Below are positions 1 to 17,210 of a stretch of 64,000 nt of DNA, piece by piece. Under the pieces are notes generated by a model that saw only the letters and a program-made list of their open reading frames with translations, did not search any database and was not told the DNA's origin. How positions within the stretch are numbered: position 1 is the stretch's first letter; each line of letters begins with the position of its first letter. This DNA comes from Mobula birostris (Eukaryota), in the NCBI RefSeq assembly GCF_030028105.1, contig NC_092383.1, positions 89,919,921 to 89,983,920 on the forward strand. Direction: 5' to 3'. A program made the position numbers and the translations under genes.

Positions 1-205
1 ATGAGAGATGACGTGTGAGATGTAAGGAGAAGAGAAGGGGTGAGAGGGGAACCAAAACATGTAATGGATAAAGAGAGAAGGGGGAATGGGGAAAAATTAT
101 CGGAAGTTAGAAAAATCAATGTTCATGCCAGCAGATTATGGAGGCTGCCCAGATGGAATATCAGGTGTTGCTCCTCTATCCTGATTGTAGCCTCATTATG
201 ACTGT
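1..205 (-). mobile_element. Penelope GIY-YIG C-terminal remnant in intron 6; copies ~21785-21955 and ~44315-44487
   Basis: Antisense reads EATIRIEEQHLIFHLGSL...GMNIDF. Confidence 0.7.
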
Positions 206-307
206 AACAGTTGTTTTCTCCTGTAAGTTCTAACTATATAACTGGTTCAACTCACTGAAAGTAAATCTTCAACGGCTGAGAATACCTCAGATGGAGATAC
301 CACTTAC

Positions 308-5610
<5,303 letters not shown>

Positions 5611-5663
5611 GTTGAATCGATTGGATTCCTTTCAGAATCTGACATCGGGCTTGTGAGCCCTAA

Positions 5664-5890
5664 TACTTATACTCAAGGAATCATTGTCACGTGGACACAG
5701 AGACAATCATTCCATATGAAAAGTAAATATTCTGGTACTCGTGATCAGTTTCTCTCTGATAAAATACATTCTATTAAGGACACCCTTCAATGTAGAAGTT
5801 GATAACAAAGTATGTTAAGTGCTGTGAAATTAAAGATAATTCTTATCATAGATAACACAATCTGAAATTAGGTTCAAAACTGTTTTATCA
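5664..5890 (-). promoter_or_regulatory. Pepsinogen promoter, copy A: TATA, E-boxes, GATA cluster
   Basis: TATAAG at 5666-5671 (56 nt from ATG), CACGTG 5688-5693, CATATG 5713-5718, WGATAA at 5757, 5800, 5834, 5843, 5850, 5885. Confidence 0.7.
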
Positions 5891-5894
5891 AATG

Positions 5895-6210
5895 ACTGAG
5901 ACCTAAACAGTCCTTCCAGGTGAGGTAGCCCTTTACTTGTGAACCCACCAGTGTCATTTATTGTATCTGGTTTTCCCCTTGAGGCCTCCTCTACATCAGT
6001 GAGACCTGACACAGAATGGACGATGGTGTCATTGACTGGCTACTCTGTCTATGTCTCTCATAATTTTGTGAAGTCCAACTGAAGTTCAAAGACCAGAGTA
6101 TATTTGAATATCCACTGTTTATTCACTTCCACAGACGCTGCCTGACCTGCTGAGTTCCTCCAGCATTTTAAGTGTGTTGCTTTGGATTTCCAGCATCTGC
6201 AGACTTTTTC
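5895..6210 (+). mobile_element. Penelope-like GIY-YIG fragment plus terminal-repeat piece; copies ~27650-27965 and ~50183-50498
   Basis: Translates PKQSFQVR..FTCEPTSVIYCIW...GLLYISET, followed by GCTGCCTGACCTGCTGAGTTCCTCCAGCAT. Confidence 0.65.
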
Positions 6211-6219
6211 ATGTGCAGT

Positions 6220-6342
6220 GAAACCCACATGGTCACGGAGAGAACGCACAAACTCCTTACAGACAGCGGGGGAAATCGATCCCTAATTTACTGCAGGTTC
6301 TGTAAAGCGCTGTGCTTACCACTGCATTACTGTGCTGCCCGA
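6220..6342 (-). mobile_element. V-SINE fragment; copies ~27975-28097 and ~50508-50630
   Basis: Reverse complement of V-SINE head/core (GAAACCCAC..GGTCACGG..AGAACG.ACAAACTCC). Confidence 0.6.
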
Positions 6343-6379
6343 CATGTGCTTTCAGCATGTTGACCTTCATAAATCAGAG

Positions 6380-6930
6380 AACCGGGCTGTTATCTCGAAG
6401 TTGTCTCAGACGTGCGTGAGGCCAAATTTGGAGTATTGTGTGCAGTTCTGGTCACCTATCTACTGGAAAGATATCAGGAATATTGAAAGAGGACAGAGAA
6501 AATTTACAAGGATATTGCTGGGACTTGAGGACCTGAGGTAGAGGGAAAGGTTGCATAGACATGGACTTCATTCCCTGCAGCGAAGGAGAATGTGAGGAAA
6601 TTTGATAGATGTGTACAAAATGTTGATGGGTATGGATATTGTCAATGGAAACAGGCTTCTTCTGTTGAGGTTGGTTAAGACAAGAGGTACAGGTAATAGG
6701 TTAAGGGTGAAAGATGAAATATTTAAGAAAAATTTGAGAAGAGACCACCATGACTCCGAGGGTGGTGAGAGTGTGGAATGAGCTGTCAGACGAAGTGGTG
6801 AACTCCAGTTTGATTGCAACATTTAAGAGAAGTTTGGATAAGTACATGGATGAGGAGGATCATGGTCCAGGTGAGAGTCGATGACACGAGCAGTTCAGCC
6901 TGGCCTAGGTGGGCAGAAGTGCCTGTGTCT
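6380..6930 (+). mobile_element. Decayed CR1 3' fragment; copies ~28135-28685 and ~50668-51218
   Basis: VRPNLEYCVQFWSP, IERGQRKFTRIL, NLIDVYKML with stops. Confidence 0.85.
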
Positions 6931-7669
6931 GATCTTGCGGGAATGGAACCCACTCTAAGGACCTCACGAACAGCCGCTTATTAATATCCCCAAGGACACG
7001 GCTTGGAAGACGAGCGTGCTTACAGGGTTCCAGAGATTTCATGGCTCTGGGGACATGCTGATTCCAGGCCGGTGCCATAAATTGAAGCATCGCGGGAGAA
7101 CGCGGAACATCGGGAGCAGCGGGTTGGCTGCCAGGGGTTGTGTGCTCGGGGAGCTGCAGCTTTTTGCTGCCAAATCTCTGGGCGCAGAGCTCAGAAAAAG
7201 CCAAGCAACAGACTTTTAACATCGTAAATCAGTGAGTTGTTTGTTATGTCTCCTGTCTCACTGTGAAATGGGACACCCTTTTTTCCCTTATTAAGGAGAG
7301 TGAGAGCCTGTGGTATGTCAAATTATCGGGTGAACGAGTAGTCTTTGGGGTACTGCAAGTCTGTGTCTTTATTGATGCTTTGCTGCATGCTTGAGTGCTC
7401 GGTGGGCAGTGTTGATGCATTTTTGCTGGTGGGGGTGGGGGGCTGGATGTTGCCTTGTTGCTGCTTGTGCAGGGGAGGGGGAGTTGCGGGGGGGAGCTTT
7501 GGGGCTCTAAGTTTTAACTGTCAATCATTCCTTGGGGCACTCCTCTGCTTTTGTGGATGTCTGCGAAGAAAATAAATTTCAGGATCAATGTATCGTATAC
7601 ATTTCTCTGACATTAAATGCACTTATTGAAACCTGTTGTAGTGTTCTGTAACTCTGACTCCAAACCCAT

Positions 7670-7945
7670 CCTATTGTTGTACTTGTCTAATTGTCCCTCC
7701 CTCCACCACTACTTCTGGCAGCTCATTCCATGTACCCACCACACTCCATGGGGGAAAATATTGCCCCTCAGGTGCCCTTTAAATCTTTCCCATCTCACCT
7801 TAAATCCTTACCTTTTATTTTTAGACCATGAAAAGGACTGTGACCATTCACTTTATGTACACAGCTCGTGATTTTATAAACCTTGAGAAGGTCACCTCTC
7901 AGCCTCCTTCACTCCAGGGAAAACAGACACAACCTGTCCAGTCTC
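7670..7945 (-). mobile_element. Decayed CR1 fragment; copies at +21755 and +44288
   Basis: Antisense matches CR1 ORF2 end (LFSLE.RRLRGDL, WNELP). Confidence 0.65.
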
Positions 7946-8564
7946 ACGAACCAACAACGAAACAAAAAGAACCGTAGCAGGATCATCAACCCCTAAATAC
8001 CTACTCCCCGCACGCAGAAATGGACAAAAATGGAGCAGTCACATCAACCTCCAAATCTCCCTCTCCACACACAACGAATGAGAAACATCAGGCAAAAAAC
8101 ACAGAATATAAAATACTGTAAGACTGACCAAAAATCTACAGTCCAAGTCCAAATCCAAAACGCAGAAAACCTGGGTAAACCAGCCGCTGTCCTTTCCCTC
8201 TCTGACAGCAGCGTGATCCCACCAGTGTTCAAAAGGCAGTATCCCTTCTCTGACAGCGGACAATCCCACCAGCGATCAAAAGCCTGGCAGTGGGTGTTCA
8301 CCTTCCGTTTTCACTCGATATTTCACCCTCTCTCCTTGTTTTAATCGGCGAACAATGGAAGCTTTAATCCACAAAATGGAGCCGAACATCGGCTTGAGGC
8401 CCATGCTGCAGTCTTCCCGCCACGATCCTCTCAGAGACTACAGAGCATGAAAACACCCTGACGATTTCCAAAATGGAAATCACAGGCTCAAACAGTCTCA
8501 GAATCACATTCAAGACAAAAAACAAACATAAAAGAAGCGAAATATATGGTTTCATAATCTATCC

Positions 8565-9190
8565 ACAGTCATGAGTCTAACTGTCATCGATACTGTGGAT
8601 ACTGAACTTTTTACTGTTGGACTTCGGCCATATTCCACTGAGATACAACACTGGGCGGCAGGGAAGGTCGGTCCTGCCTGTGGCCATCGAACTTGCAGCT
8701 TCTCCTGTGGAGGGTCAGACACTCTGAGCCAATAGACTGGTCCTGGATTTAATTTCCATCTGGCATAGTTTGCATATTGTTTGATTGTTTGTGGTTTTTG
8801 TATTGCTATATTTATGCTCTATTCTTGGTTGGTGCGGCTGTAACGAAACCCAATTTCCCTCGGGATCAATAAAGTATATCTATCTATCTATCTATCTATA
8901 CTACGGTAGGAAGAGTCATAAGTCCAATTGTCATTGACACCACACTACAGTCATGAGTCTGATTGTCATCGACACTACAGTGTGAAGAGCCATGAGTCCG
9001 ATTGTCATCGATAGTACTCTACGAGGAGTCATGAGTCCGATTGTCCTTGACACTACAGTACGAACAGTCTTGATTCCGATTGTCACCAACACCTCAGTAC
9101 GAGGAGTTATGAGTCCGACTGTCATGGGCACTGCAGTACCAACAGACATGAGTCCGACTGTCATATACACTTGTCTTGAGTCCGATTGTC
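8565..9190. repeat. Degenerate 39-bp minisatellite (~8-9 units) interrupted by a Rex1 piece; copies ~30320-30952 and ~52853-53474
   Basis: Unit ~GAGTCATGAGTCCGATTGTCATCGACACTACAGTACGAG; ATGAGTCC-like cores 39 bp apart between ~8990 and ~9150. Confidence 0.85.
8595..8898 (+). mobile_element. Short Rex1/Babar-type insertion with (CTAT)n tail
   Basis: 8633-8898 is homologous to 13793-14063 in this window; ends AATTTCCCTCGGGATCAATAAAGTA(TCTA)n. Confidence 0.8.
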
Positions 9191-9571
9191 ACAGACACTA
9201 CAGCACAGAAACAGGCCCTTCATCCAATCCAGCCCATGCCAGTCTAGTCTTCTGTCTGATTCCAGCTCCTGCGCCCACATCAATGCCCTCTGGAACCCAC
9301 ACATCCATATACCTATCCTAACCTCTTAAAGACTCACTCTTAACAATTTAAGAACACCTTCTTCCTCTTCACCGTCAGATGTCTGAACAGTCTATAAACC
9401 CATGAATGGCAAAGCACAGGAACATTCTCTTCAGCCTTCAATGTTCCCTTGGGGCTCATTCCAAGCATCTAACACTCTCCATGTAAAAAACTTGCCCCAC
9501 GCATCTGCTATAAACTTACGCTCTCTCAACTGAACTGCATGCCCTCTGGAATTAGATAATTCAACCCTGGG

Positions 9572-10432
9572 AATTGAACTGAATTGAATTGACTTTATTA
9601 CGCGCATCCTTCATATACATGAGGAGTAAAAATCTTTACAGTAGGTCTCTGTCTAAATGTGCAATAAGCAATTTATATAAATTTATAATAAATAGTATGT
9701 ACAACAAATATAACATGGAAATACAGTTGTATCAGCATGAATTAATCAGTCTCATGGCCTGGTGGAAGAAGCCGTCCCAGAGCCTGTTGGTCCTGGCTTT
9801 TACGCTGCGGTACCGCTTCCCGGATGGTAGCAGCTGGAACGGTTTGTGGTTGGGGCGACTCAGGTCCCCAATGACTCTTTGGGCCCTTTATACATACCTG
9901 TCCTGAATAGTGGGAAGTTCCCATCTACAGATGCGCTGGGCTGTCCACACCACTCTCTGCAGAGTCCTGCGATTGAAGGAAGTACAGTTCCTATACCAGG
10001 CAGGGATGCAGCCAATCAAGATGCTCTCAATTGTGCCCCTGTAGAAAGTTCTTTGGATTTGGAGGCCCATACCAAATTTCTTCAACTGAAAGAGGCGCTG
10101 TAGTGCCTTTTTCACCACACAGCCGGTATGTACAGACCATGTGAGATCCTTGGAGATGTGTATGTCGAGGACCTTAAATCTGTTCACCCTCTCAGCTCCA
10201 GATCCATTGATGTCAATAGCGGCTCTACTGTCTCCATACCTCCTGTAGTCCATAACCAGCTCCTTCCTTTTTGTGACATTGAGGGAGAGGTTGTCTTCTT
10301 GACATGATTGTGTCAGCGTGATGATTTCTTCTCTGTAGGAAGCCTCATTATTATTTGAGATTAGGCCAATCAGTGCAGTATCGTCAGCAAATTTAATTAG
10401 CAGATTGGAGCTGTGAGTGACGACACACTCGC
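9572..10432 (-). mobile_element. 5'-truncated Rex1/Babar-type LINE
   Basis: HSSNLLIKFADDTALIGLI, NLSLNVTKRKELVMDYRR, KKALQRLF, FYRGTIESIL; (CAATT)n tail. Confidence 0.88.
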
Positions 10433-10450
10433 CAGCTATCTATCCCTCTC

Positions 10451-10594
10451 ATACTCTCAGAGGCCTTTTTATCAGCTACACCCATGCACCTGCTCATTAA
10501 TGCCAATCATGTAGCTGCCACTCACTGCATAAAAGCATGCAGACATGGGCAAGAGGTTCAGCTGTTCTTCAGACCAAAACTCAGAATGGGGAAG
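10451..10594 (+). mobile_element. Tc1/mariner left-end remnant; copies ~32203-32346 and ~54723-54866
   Basis: Resembles the fish Tc1-like 5' region (GCCAATCATGT..GCATAAAAGCATGCAGACATGG..CAGAATGGGGAAG), ending at the MGK transposase start; recognised from memory. Confidence 0.55.
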
Positions 10595-11254
10595 TAAAGT
10601 ATTCGGACTGTGTTGGTCATTGACACAAACAATGCATTTCACAGTATGTTTCAATGTTTCCATGTACTGTCTTTGTGACATATAAAACTGGTCCGTCTCT
10701 TCAAAAACTCAGTGAAATTAACCAAGACCTTCAGAAATACAGGATGAAACATGGAACAGGACAAATAATTTCAAGCTATTTTTATAATAGTTTCAAGGGT
10801 ATTCATACCTGGGGAATTGTTCAATCAAATGGATAATAAGCAGATTTGTAAACATATTAAAAATGCTCTGTCAACAAAAGAGAATCAGTAATAAGTGCCT
10901 ATTATTGACTATTAATTGATAAGGTGAGCAATTAAACATGACTTCTGTTAATAAAATTAACCTCTTGTGTTTCGCTTTGCTCTCACTGCTGATCAAAGAC
11001 AACAGTGAAAACAAATTCAAGTGAAAATCTTCAAATTCTGGAAATCCAAGCAACGCACACAAATTACTCGATGATCTCACAGGCCAGGCAGCGTTTATGG
11101 AAAAGAGTACAATCGATGTTTAGGGCCAAGACCCTTCATCAAAACAAAATATTTGCCCGCAAGAATGCCCTCGGTTCCATTTCAATTCTGAAGTCAATTG
11201 TAGACAGTCAGCACAATCATGAGTACTCGCCACCGTAGTATCTGTGACGTCTTG

Positions 11255-11605
11255 AAGAAGCCGAGCCTCAAAGGCTGTGTCCATCATTGAGGACCCCCAC
11301 CACACAGGCCATGCCCCCTTCTCATTGTGACTGTCAGGAGGAGGGACAGAAGCCTGAAGGCACACACTCAGCAATTCAGAAACAGCTTGCCATCCAGTTT
11401 CTAAATTGACATTGAACTTATGAACACCACCTCACCACATTTGTATTATTTATTTCCATTTCTGCACAAGTTACTTTAACTTAACCATTTAATATATAAA
11501 TATACACTTACTGGAATTCAGCTTTTTCAATATTTTTCATGAATTGCACTGTACAGCTAACACAAATTTAACAAATTTCACAACATATGCCGGTGATATT
11601 AGTCT
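11255..11605 (+). mobile_element. Rex1-type LINE 3' end; copies at +21752 and +44272
   Basis: KAVSIIEDPHHTGHA...SLKAHTQQFRNS; tail GCCGGTGATATTA. Confidence 0.7.
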
Positions 11606-12754
11606 TGATCATGCTTGCTGTATATTTTGCATCGATATAAGAAAGATTTTGCATTTATGCTGCACTTCTAGTAGCCTTATTTTCTCGATAACGTTTCACA
11701 CTCTTCAATTGACAGATTTGAAAGGTCAGGGTGTCGGGGCCTGAGGCGAGAGACGGGCTGGTTCAGCTCACTTCTCCGTGATACTTACTCAGCTCCGCAC
11801 CGAACTGAGAGTCTGCGGCTTCACGTCTGTGGACAGACTCTCTTTTGTGGACATCAGTTCTGATCACTGTTTGCTTGCTTCGATTGTTTGCATGATCTGT
11901 TTTTCTTCTCTCTGCTCGTTGGGTGTTTGACAGTCTGCTTTTTTAATGGATTCTTTTGTGTTTCTTTGTTTTATGGCTACCTGTAAGGAGACATATCGTT
12001 AGATCGTATATGTGTACATACTGTGATCATAAGCATACTTTGAACTTTGAACATCTTCTGAAGTATATTATAATTGGTAATTTGGTTTACTACTGTCACA
12101 TTCACTGGAGTGCAACAACAATGAACCAATTTACCAGTTAGAATGAACTTCAGAAGATGACAATGTCGGTAAGGAGTTATTATTGTCACAAAAGGGGTGA
12201 GGGGTATATGGGGTGTCCAGGGATGGGTAGCACCTCTGGCAAAGGGGCTTGTTGTGTCCATTCTAGGGCAGATGACTCACCTTTCAGACACACAGCTCTC
12301 ACCTGTGGCTCCTAGTATCTGTTTGTATGTGACAGCAGCCAAACCCAATACAGCGCTTCACCAGGTGGGGAAAACCAGGTGGGGGTACCAGACCTGCCCT
12401 AGCATGCAAAGTCTGCTCTGGTAGACTGAGATCTGTAGTGAGATCCAACAACTAGGAAGGTGGTTCTGCATCGCTCTGAGGAGAGCGAACGGCATGAAAA
12501 GGCATGGAAGTTGTCATGGTTGTCCACTGCAACCAAGGAATACCTCAGCTTGTGACGCTTGTTTCTACCACTGGGCCTGGACTGCTGATGTCTAGAAAGT
12601 GGAACTGACCCAGTGCGATAGATTTTCCACTTTAAAAACTCTCCCACACAGGTATCTATCACTGTTGGCCACGATGAACAAGAACCACTTGCGGTGCAAT
12701 GATACACCTTGTTTTACATGTCACCCGTACAGATCAATTCATCACATCAGTACA

Positions 12755-15369
12755 TATGATGGGAATCAGGATGATCGAGCTGAGGGTGAGCCAGCAGGTT
12801 TACAAGTAGATGATGGGTGTAACATGAATGTAATGAAGGACAAGCCAATGATGGGGTACAAATGCAGACAGAGCAAAGAACTCAACTGGACCACAGAGTC
12901 AAAATTCATCAGGGCGAAGGCTGCCGGACTGAAGCTGCGATATTTAAATCGGCGTAGCATCCGGAATAAGGTGGGTGAACTCGTGGAACAATTAGAGGTT
13001 GGTTGGTGTGACATTGTGGGCATCACTGAGTCGTGGCTGGAAGACCATAGTTGTGAGTTTAACATCAAAGGATATACTCAGTAAAGTAAGGACAGGCAAG
13101 AAGGTACAGGCGGTGCTCTGGCTATATTAGTAAGAGATGGAATTACATCTGTAGATGGAGATGACGTAGGGTCTGAGAACATTGAATCTTTGTCGGTGGA
13201 GTTAAGAAACAGCAAAGGTGAAAAAAAACATTCTGAGAATCTTATAGGCCTCTTAATAATAGCCAATATGTGGGGTTGAGTTTGTAAAGAGTGTTGGAAA
13301 AGGCATGTGAAAAGGATAATGATACAGTGGTATTGGGGGACCTCAATATGCAAGTGGATTGGGAAAATTAGGTTTTTCCCCAGGAAAAAGAGAGGGAATT
13401 TATTGAATGCCGATGAGAGGGCTTTTCAGAGCATCTTGTGCTTGAGCCTACTTGGGGAAAGGCTTTTGGGTGTTGTGTCATGACCCAGATCTCATTAGGG
13501 AGCTTAATGTTAAAGGAACCATTAGGAGACAGTGATCATAATATGATTGAATTCATACTGCAAACTGAAAGGGAGAAGCATAAGTCACAGGTAATGCCGG
13601 TCGTGCATGCGGCCTGTTACAGAATCAAAACTCATTTGTAAGGCCAGTGATGTTGTGGGGATGGAACTGGACTCTCTCACGGTGGTGTCTGAAAAGAGGA
13701 TGCTGTCCAAGTTGCATGCCATCTTGGACAATGTCTCCCATCCACTACGTAATGTACTGATTGGGCACAGGAGTATATTCAGCCAGAGACTCATTCCACC
13801 GAGATGCAACACAGAGCGTCATAGGAAGTCATTCCTGCCTGTGGCCATCAAACTTTACAACTCCTCCCTTGGAGAGTCAGACACCCTGAGCCAATAGGCT
13901 GGTCCTGGACTTATTTCCATCTGGCATAATTTACATATTATTATTTAATTATTTATGGTTTTATATTGCTATATTTATACTCTATTCTTGGTTGGTGCAA
14001 CTGTAACGAAACTCAATTTCCCTCGGGATCAATAAAGTATGTCTATCTATCTATCTATCTACCTAACAGTATAGCAATGGAATAAAGAAAATTACAGAGG
14101 CAAGAGACAGGAGGTTACCCCGGTGGATCAAAGGAAGATTCGTTGTTGCCGGTCACGTGACAGAAGATACTGGCGGGGATGATGGTAGAGCAGAAGCAGC
14201 TGAAGTTTCTGAGAATAATTCACAAGGCACAGGATAGATATGTCCCATAGAAGAAGTAGTTCTCAAATAGCAGGGCTAGCCAACCGTGGATGACAAGGGA
14301 AGTTAAGGTCTGCATGAATGCCAAGGAAAGGGCATATAAGGTAGCGAAAGTGAGTGGGAAACTGGATGATTGGGAAGCTTTTAAAATCCTAGAGAGCTCG
14401 AGGTCTGTGAGTGTCAGGCAGCAGGAGTGAGTGACACAAAGGTCTTAAGGTGCTTAAGTCACTCACAATTCCTAGAGTCATTCCTAGACTCTCTCAAATG
14501 AACTACATCCCAGACTCCTAAGAGACATTGCTGAACAAATAATGGATGCTTTTGGCGTGATCTTTCAAGAATCCCTTAACTCTGGCATGGTCCTGGAGGA
14601 CTGGAAGATAGTAAACGTCACACCACTCTTTAAGAAGGGAGGAAAGTGAAAGAAAGGAAATTATAGGCCAGTTAGCCTAACTTCAATGTTTGGAAAAGTG
14701 TTGGAGTCTATTGTTAAGAATCAGGTTTTGGGGTACTTGGAGATTGATGATAAAAATTTCAAGGGGAATAGAATATAACAGCAAGGAGATAATGTTAGGC
14801 TTTAAAAGGCACTAGTCAGGTGCACTTGGAGTATTGTCAACAGTTTTGAGTCTCATATCTCAGAAAGGATGTGTTGTCATTGCAGAGAGTAGAGAGGATG
14901 ATTCTGAGAATGAAGGGGTTAACATATGAGGAGCATTTGGCAGCTTTGGGCCTGTACTCACTGGAACTTAGAAGCATGCATGGGGATCTGATTGAAATCG
15001 ACCAAATGTTGAAAAGTCTAGACAGGGTGGATGTGGAGAGGATGTTTCCACTGGTGGAGGTATCCAAACTAGAGAGTTCAGCCTCAAAATTGAGGGCCAA
15101 ACTTTTAGAACAGAATTAAAGGAAGCTTTTCTTTAGCCAGAGAGTCGTGAATCGGTGGAATACTCTGCCACAGACTGTGGTGGAGGCCATCTCCAAAGGT
15201 ATATCTGAGGCGGATGTTGCTAGTTTTCTGATCTCTCAGGGCGTCAAAGAAAATGGCGAAAGGGCAGTTGTATGGGGTTGAGTGGGATCCGGGATCAGCC
15301 ATGATGGAACAGTGGGACAGACTCAATGGGCTGAGTGGCCTAATTCTGCTTCTATATCTTATGGTCTTA
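12755..15369 (+). mobile_element. Long decayed, internally deleted CR1 LINE (endonuclease to 3' UTR)
   Basis: YLNRRSIRNK, DIVGITESWL, VVLGDLN, LGDSDHNMIEF, EDWKIVNVTPLFKKG, NYRPVSLTS, GDLIE; 3' UTR ends TCTTATGGTCTTA. Confidence 0.9.
13595..14063 (+). mobile_element. Rex1/Babar 3' end nested in CR1; copies 35347-35813 and 57881-58349
   Basis: KLICKASDVVG...ILDNVSHPL...RHRKSFLPVAIKLYN; (CTAT)n tail; CR1 sequence resumes on the far side; TAA on both flanks. Confidence 0.88.
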
Positions 15370-15459
15370 CATGGAGGTTGTACAAGGGAAAGGCAATAGC
15401 AGAATACAGATTATAGTGTAACAGTTACAGAGAATGTGCATTGCAGGTATTAATAACTT

Positions 15460-17210
15460 TACATAGATAGACACTTTATGATACCAAAGGAAATTACAGT
15501 GTCACAGTAGCATTATAAGTGTACAGATTTACAAATATGAGAAGAGAAGTAAGAAAGAATTAACAGAAGTGACCTTAAAAATAAGATGTACAAGATTTAC
15601 AAATCAGAGATTACAAGATTTTCAAGATTTCCAAATTCACACTGATAAGATGGTAGTGCAAGAATTGCTGTAATATTATAAAGTAATGGGTGCATCTTCA
15701 CACCATCAAGATAAGAACTGGTGGTGGTATTGCACAGTATTGCACGATAGCAGGAGTGGTAAACAGAGCTAAACAGATTGAAAGCAGAGCTCTAGTAATC
15801 AGAGGTAAATAGCAGTCGAACACGAGGGGTCATCACTTCCCTGGCAAAAGGTTGGCTATTGACCAAGGTTAAGAATGACCTCATGTCGTGCTCTTTGCAG
15901 CAGTGCAGTTGTCTTAGTCTATTACTGAAAGTGTTCCTTCGATCCGCCAAGGTGGTATGCAGAAGGTGAGAAACATTATCCAGAATTGCCAGGATTTTCC
16001 AAAGGGTTCCTTGTTCTACCACAGCCTCCAGTGTGTGCAGTTTGACACCTATAACAGAGCCAGCCTTTCTAATCAAATCAGCCAGTTTGCATCACCTGTG
16101 CTGATGCCATTGCCCCAGCACACCACTGCACAGAATATTCTACTGGAGGCAGCAGACGAGTAAAATATGTGCAGCAGAGGCCTCCGTTCTCCAAAGGACC
16201 GCGATCTTCTCAGGAAACAGAGGTGACTCTGGTCCTTCTTGTACACAGCCTCTGTGTGGGTGCTCCTTTCAAGTCCGCAATCCACGTGCAAACCTGGGTA
16301 CTTGTAGGTCCCACCACACCCACATTCTCACCATCAATTGTAACAGACAGAGGGGCTGGCTTAGTCTTCCTAAAGTCCATCTCCATCTCCTTTGTCTTAC
16401 TGATGTTGAGCTGCAAATGATTCCGTTTGCACTGTTTGACAATGTCCTCCGCCAGGGCCCTGTATTCATCCTCCCATCCTCCCTTTAAAAACCCAACTAT
16501 TGCTGAGTCATCGGAGATTTCTGCAGATGACATGACTCAGAGTTGTACCTAAAGTCTGAGGTATACAGAGTACAGGTGAAGGGAGCCAATTCCATCCCCT
16601 GTGGAGTCCCAGTGCAGCTTTTAGCCACGTCTGACACACAGCTCTGAAGCTGCACAAACTGTGGTCTGCCAGTCAGGTCAGCCATTATCCAGGATCCAAT
16701 GGAAGTGCTAACCTGCTTTGAACAGAGATTCTCCCCCAGCAAGGAGCGTTGTATGGTATTGATGGCACTTGAGAAATCAAACAACATGATCCTCACAGTA
16801 CTGCCTTGTTTATCAAAATGGGAGTAGGCTCTGTTCAGTGGGTAAATGACACCATCGTCAACTGCAATGTGCTCCTGGTAGGTAAACTGCAGGAGATCGA
16901 GGTCTGATCTGACCAGGGGTCAAAGGTAAGCCAGGAACAGCCTCTCTAAGGACTTCATGATGTGTGAGGTCAGGGCCACAGGATGGCAGTTATTCAAGAT
17001 TATTTGGTCAGCCCTTCTTGGGCACTGAGACCAAATATGATGTTAGCCAGATTGAAAATTCACTGGAGAACTCCACACAGCTGCTCAGCACACTCCTTCT
17101 GAACCTTGGGGTTCACACCATCCAGTAGTAATTCTTTGCTATGTCTGAGTTTCCACAGAGTTTCCCTTCACATCTGCTCAGTAGTGAAGGTCAGTCCATG
17201 ATGACTGTGG
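15460..17210 (-). mobile_element. Decayed Rex1/Babar LINE (RT)
   Basis: VALTSHIMKSLE, VRIMLFDFSSAINTIQ, GTPQG, SDDSAIVG, LNISKTKEMEMDFRK, ILDNVSH; several frameshifts; tail CATAAAGTGTCTATCTAT. Confidence 0.9.

Noticed and set aside
6905-8560. Cluster of 60-105 aa ORFs as a novel gene
   Set aside because: No recognisable domains, overlapping on both strands, and located in probable unclassified interspersed repeats. Recurrence is due only to the segmental duplication.
8931-9321. Repetitive ORFs (MSPIVIDSTLRGV...) as a repeat protein, or the array as CRISPR
   Set aside because: They are a by-product of a 39-bp (3n) minisatellite. No unique spacers, no cas genes, no splice context; eukaryotic DNA.
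12195-12700. Possible RTE 5' region or SINE
   Set aside because: Looks repeat-derived but I could not assign a family from sequence alone.
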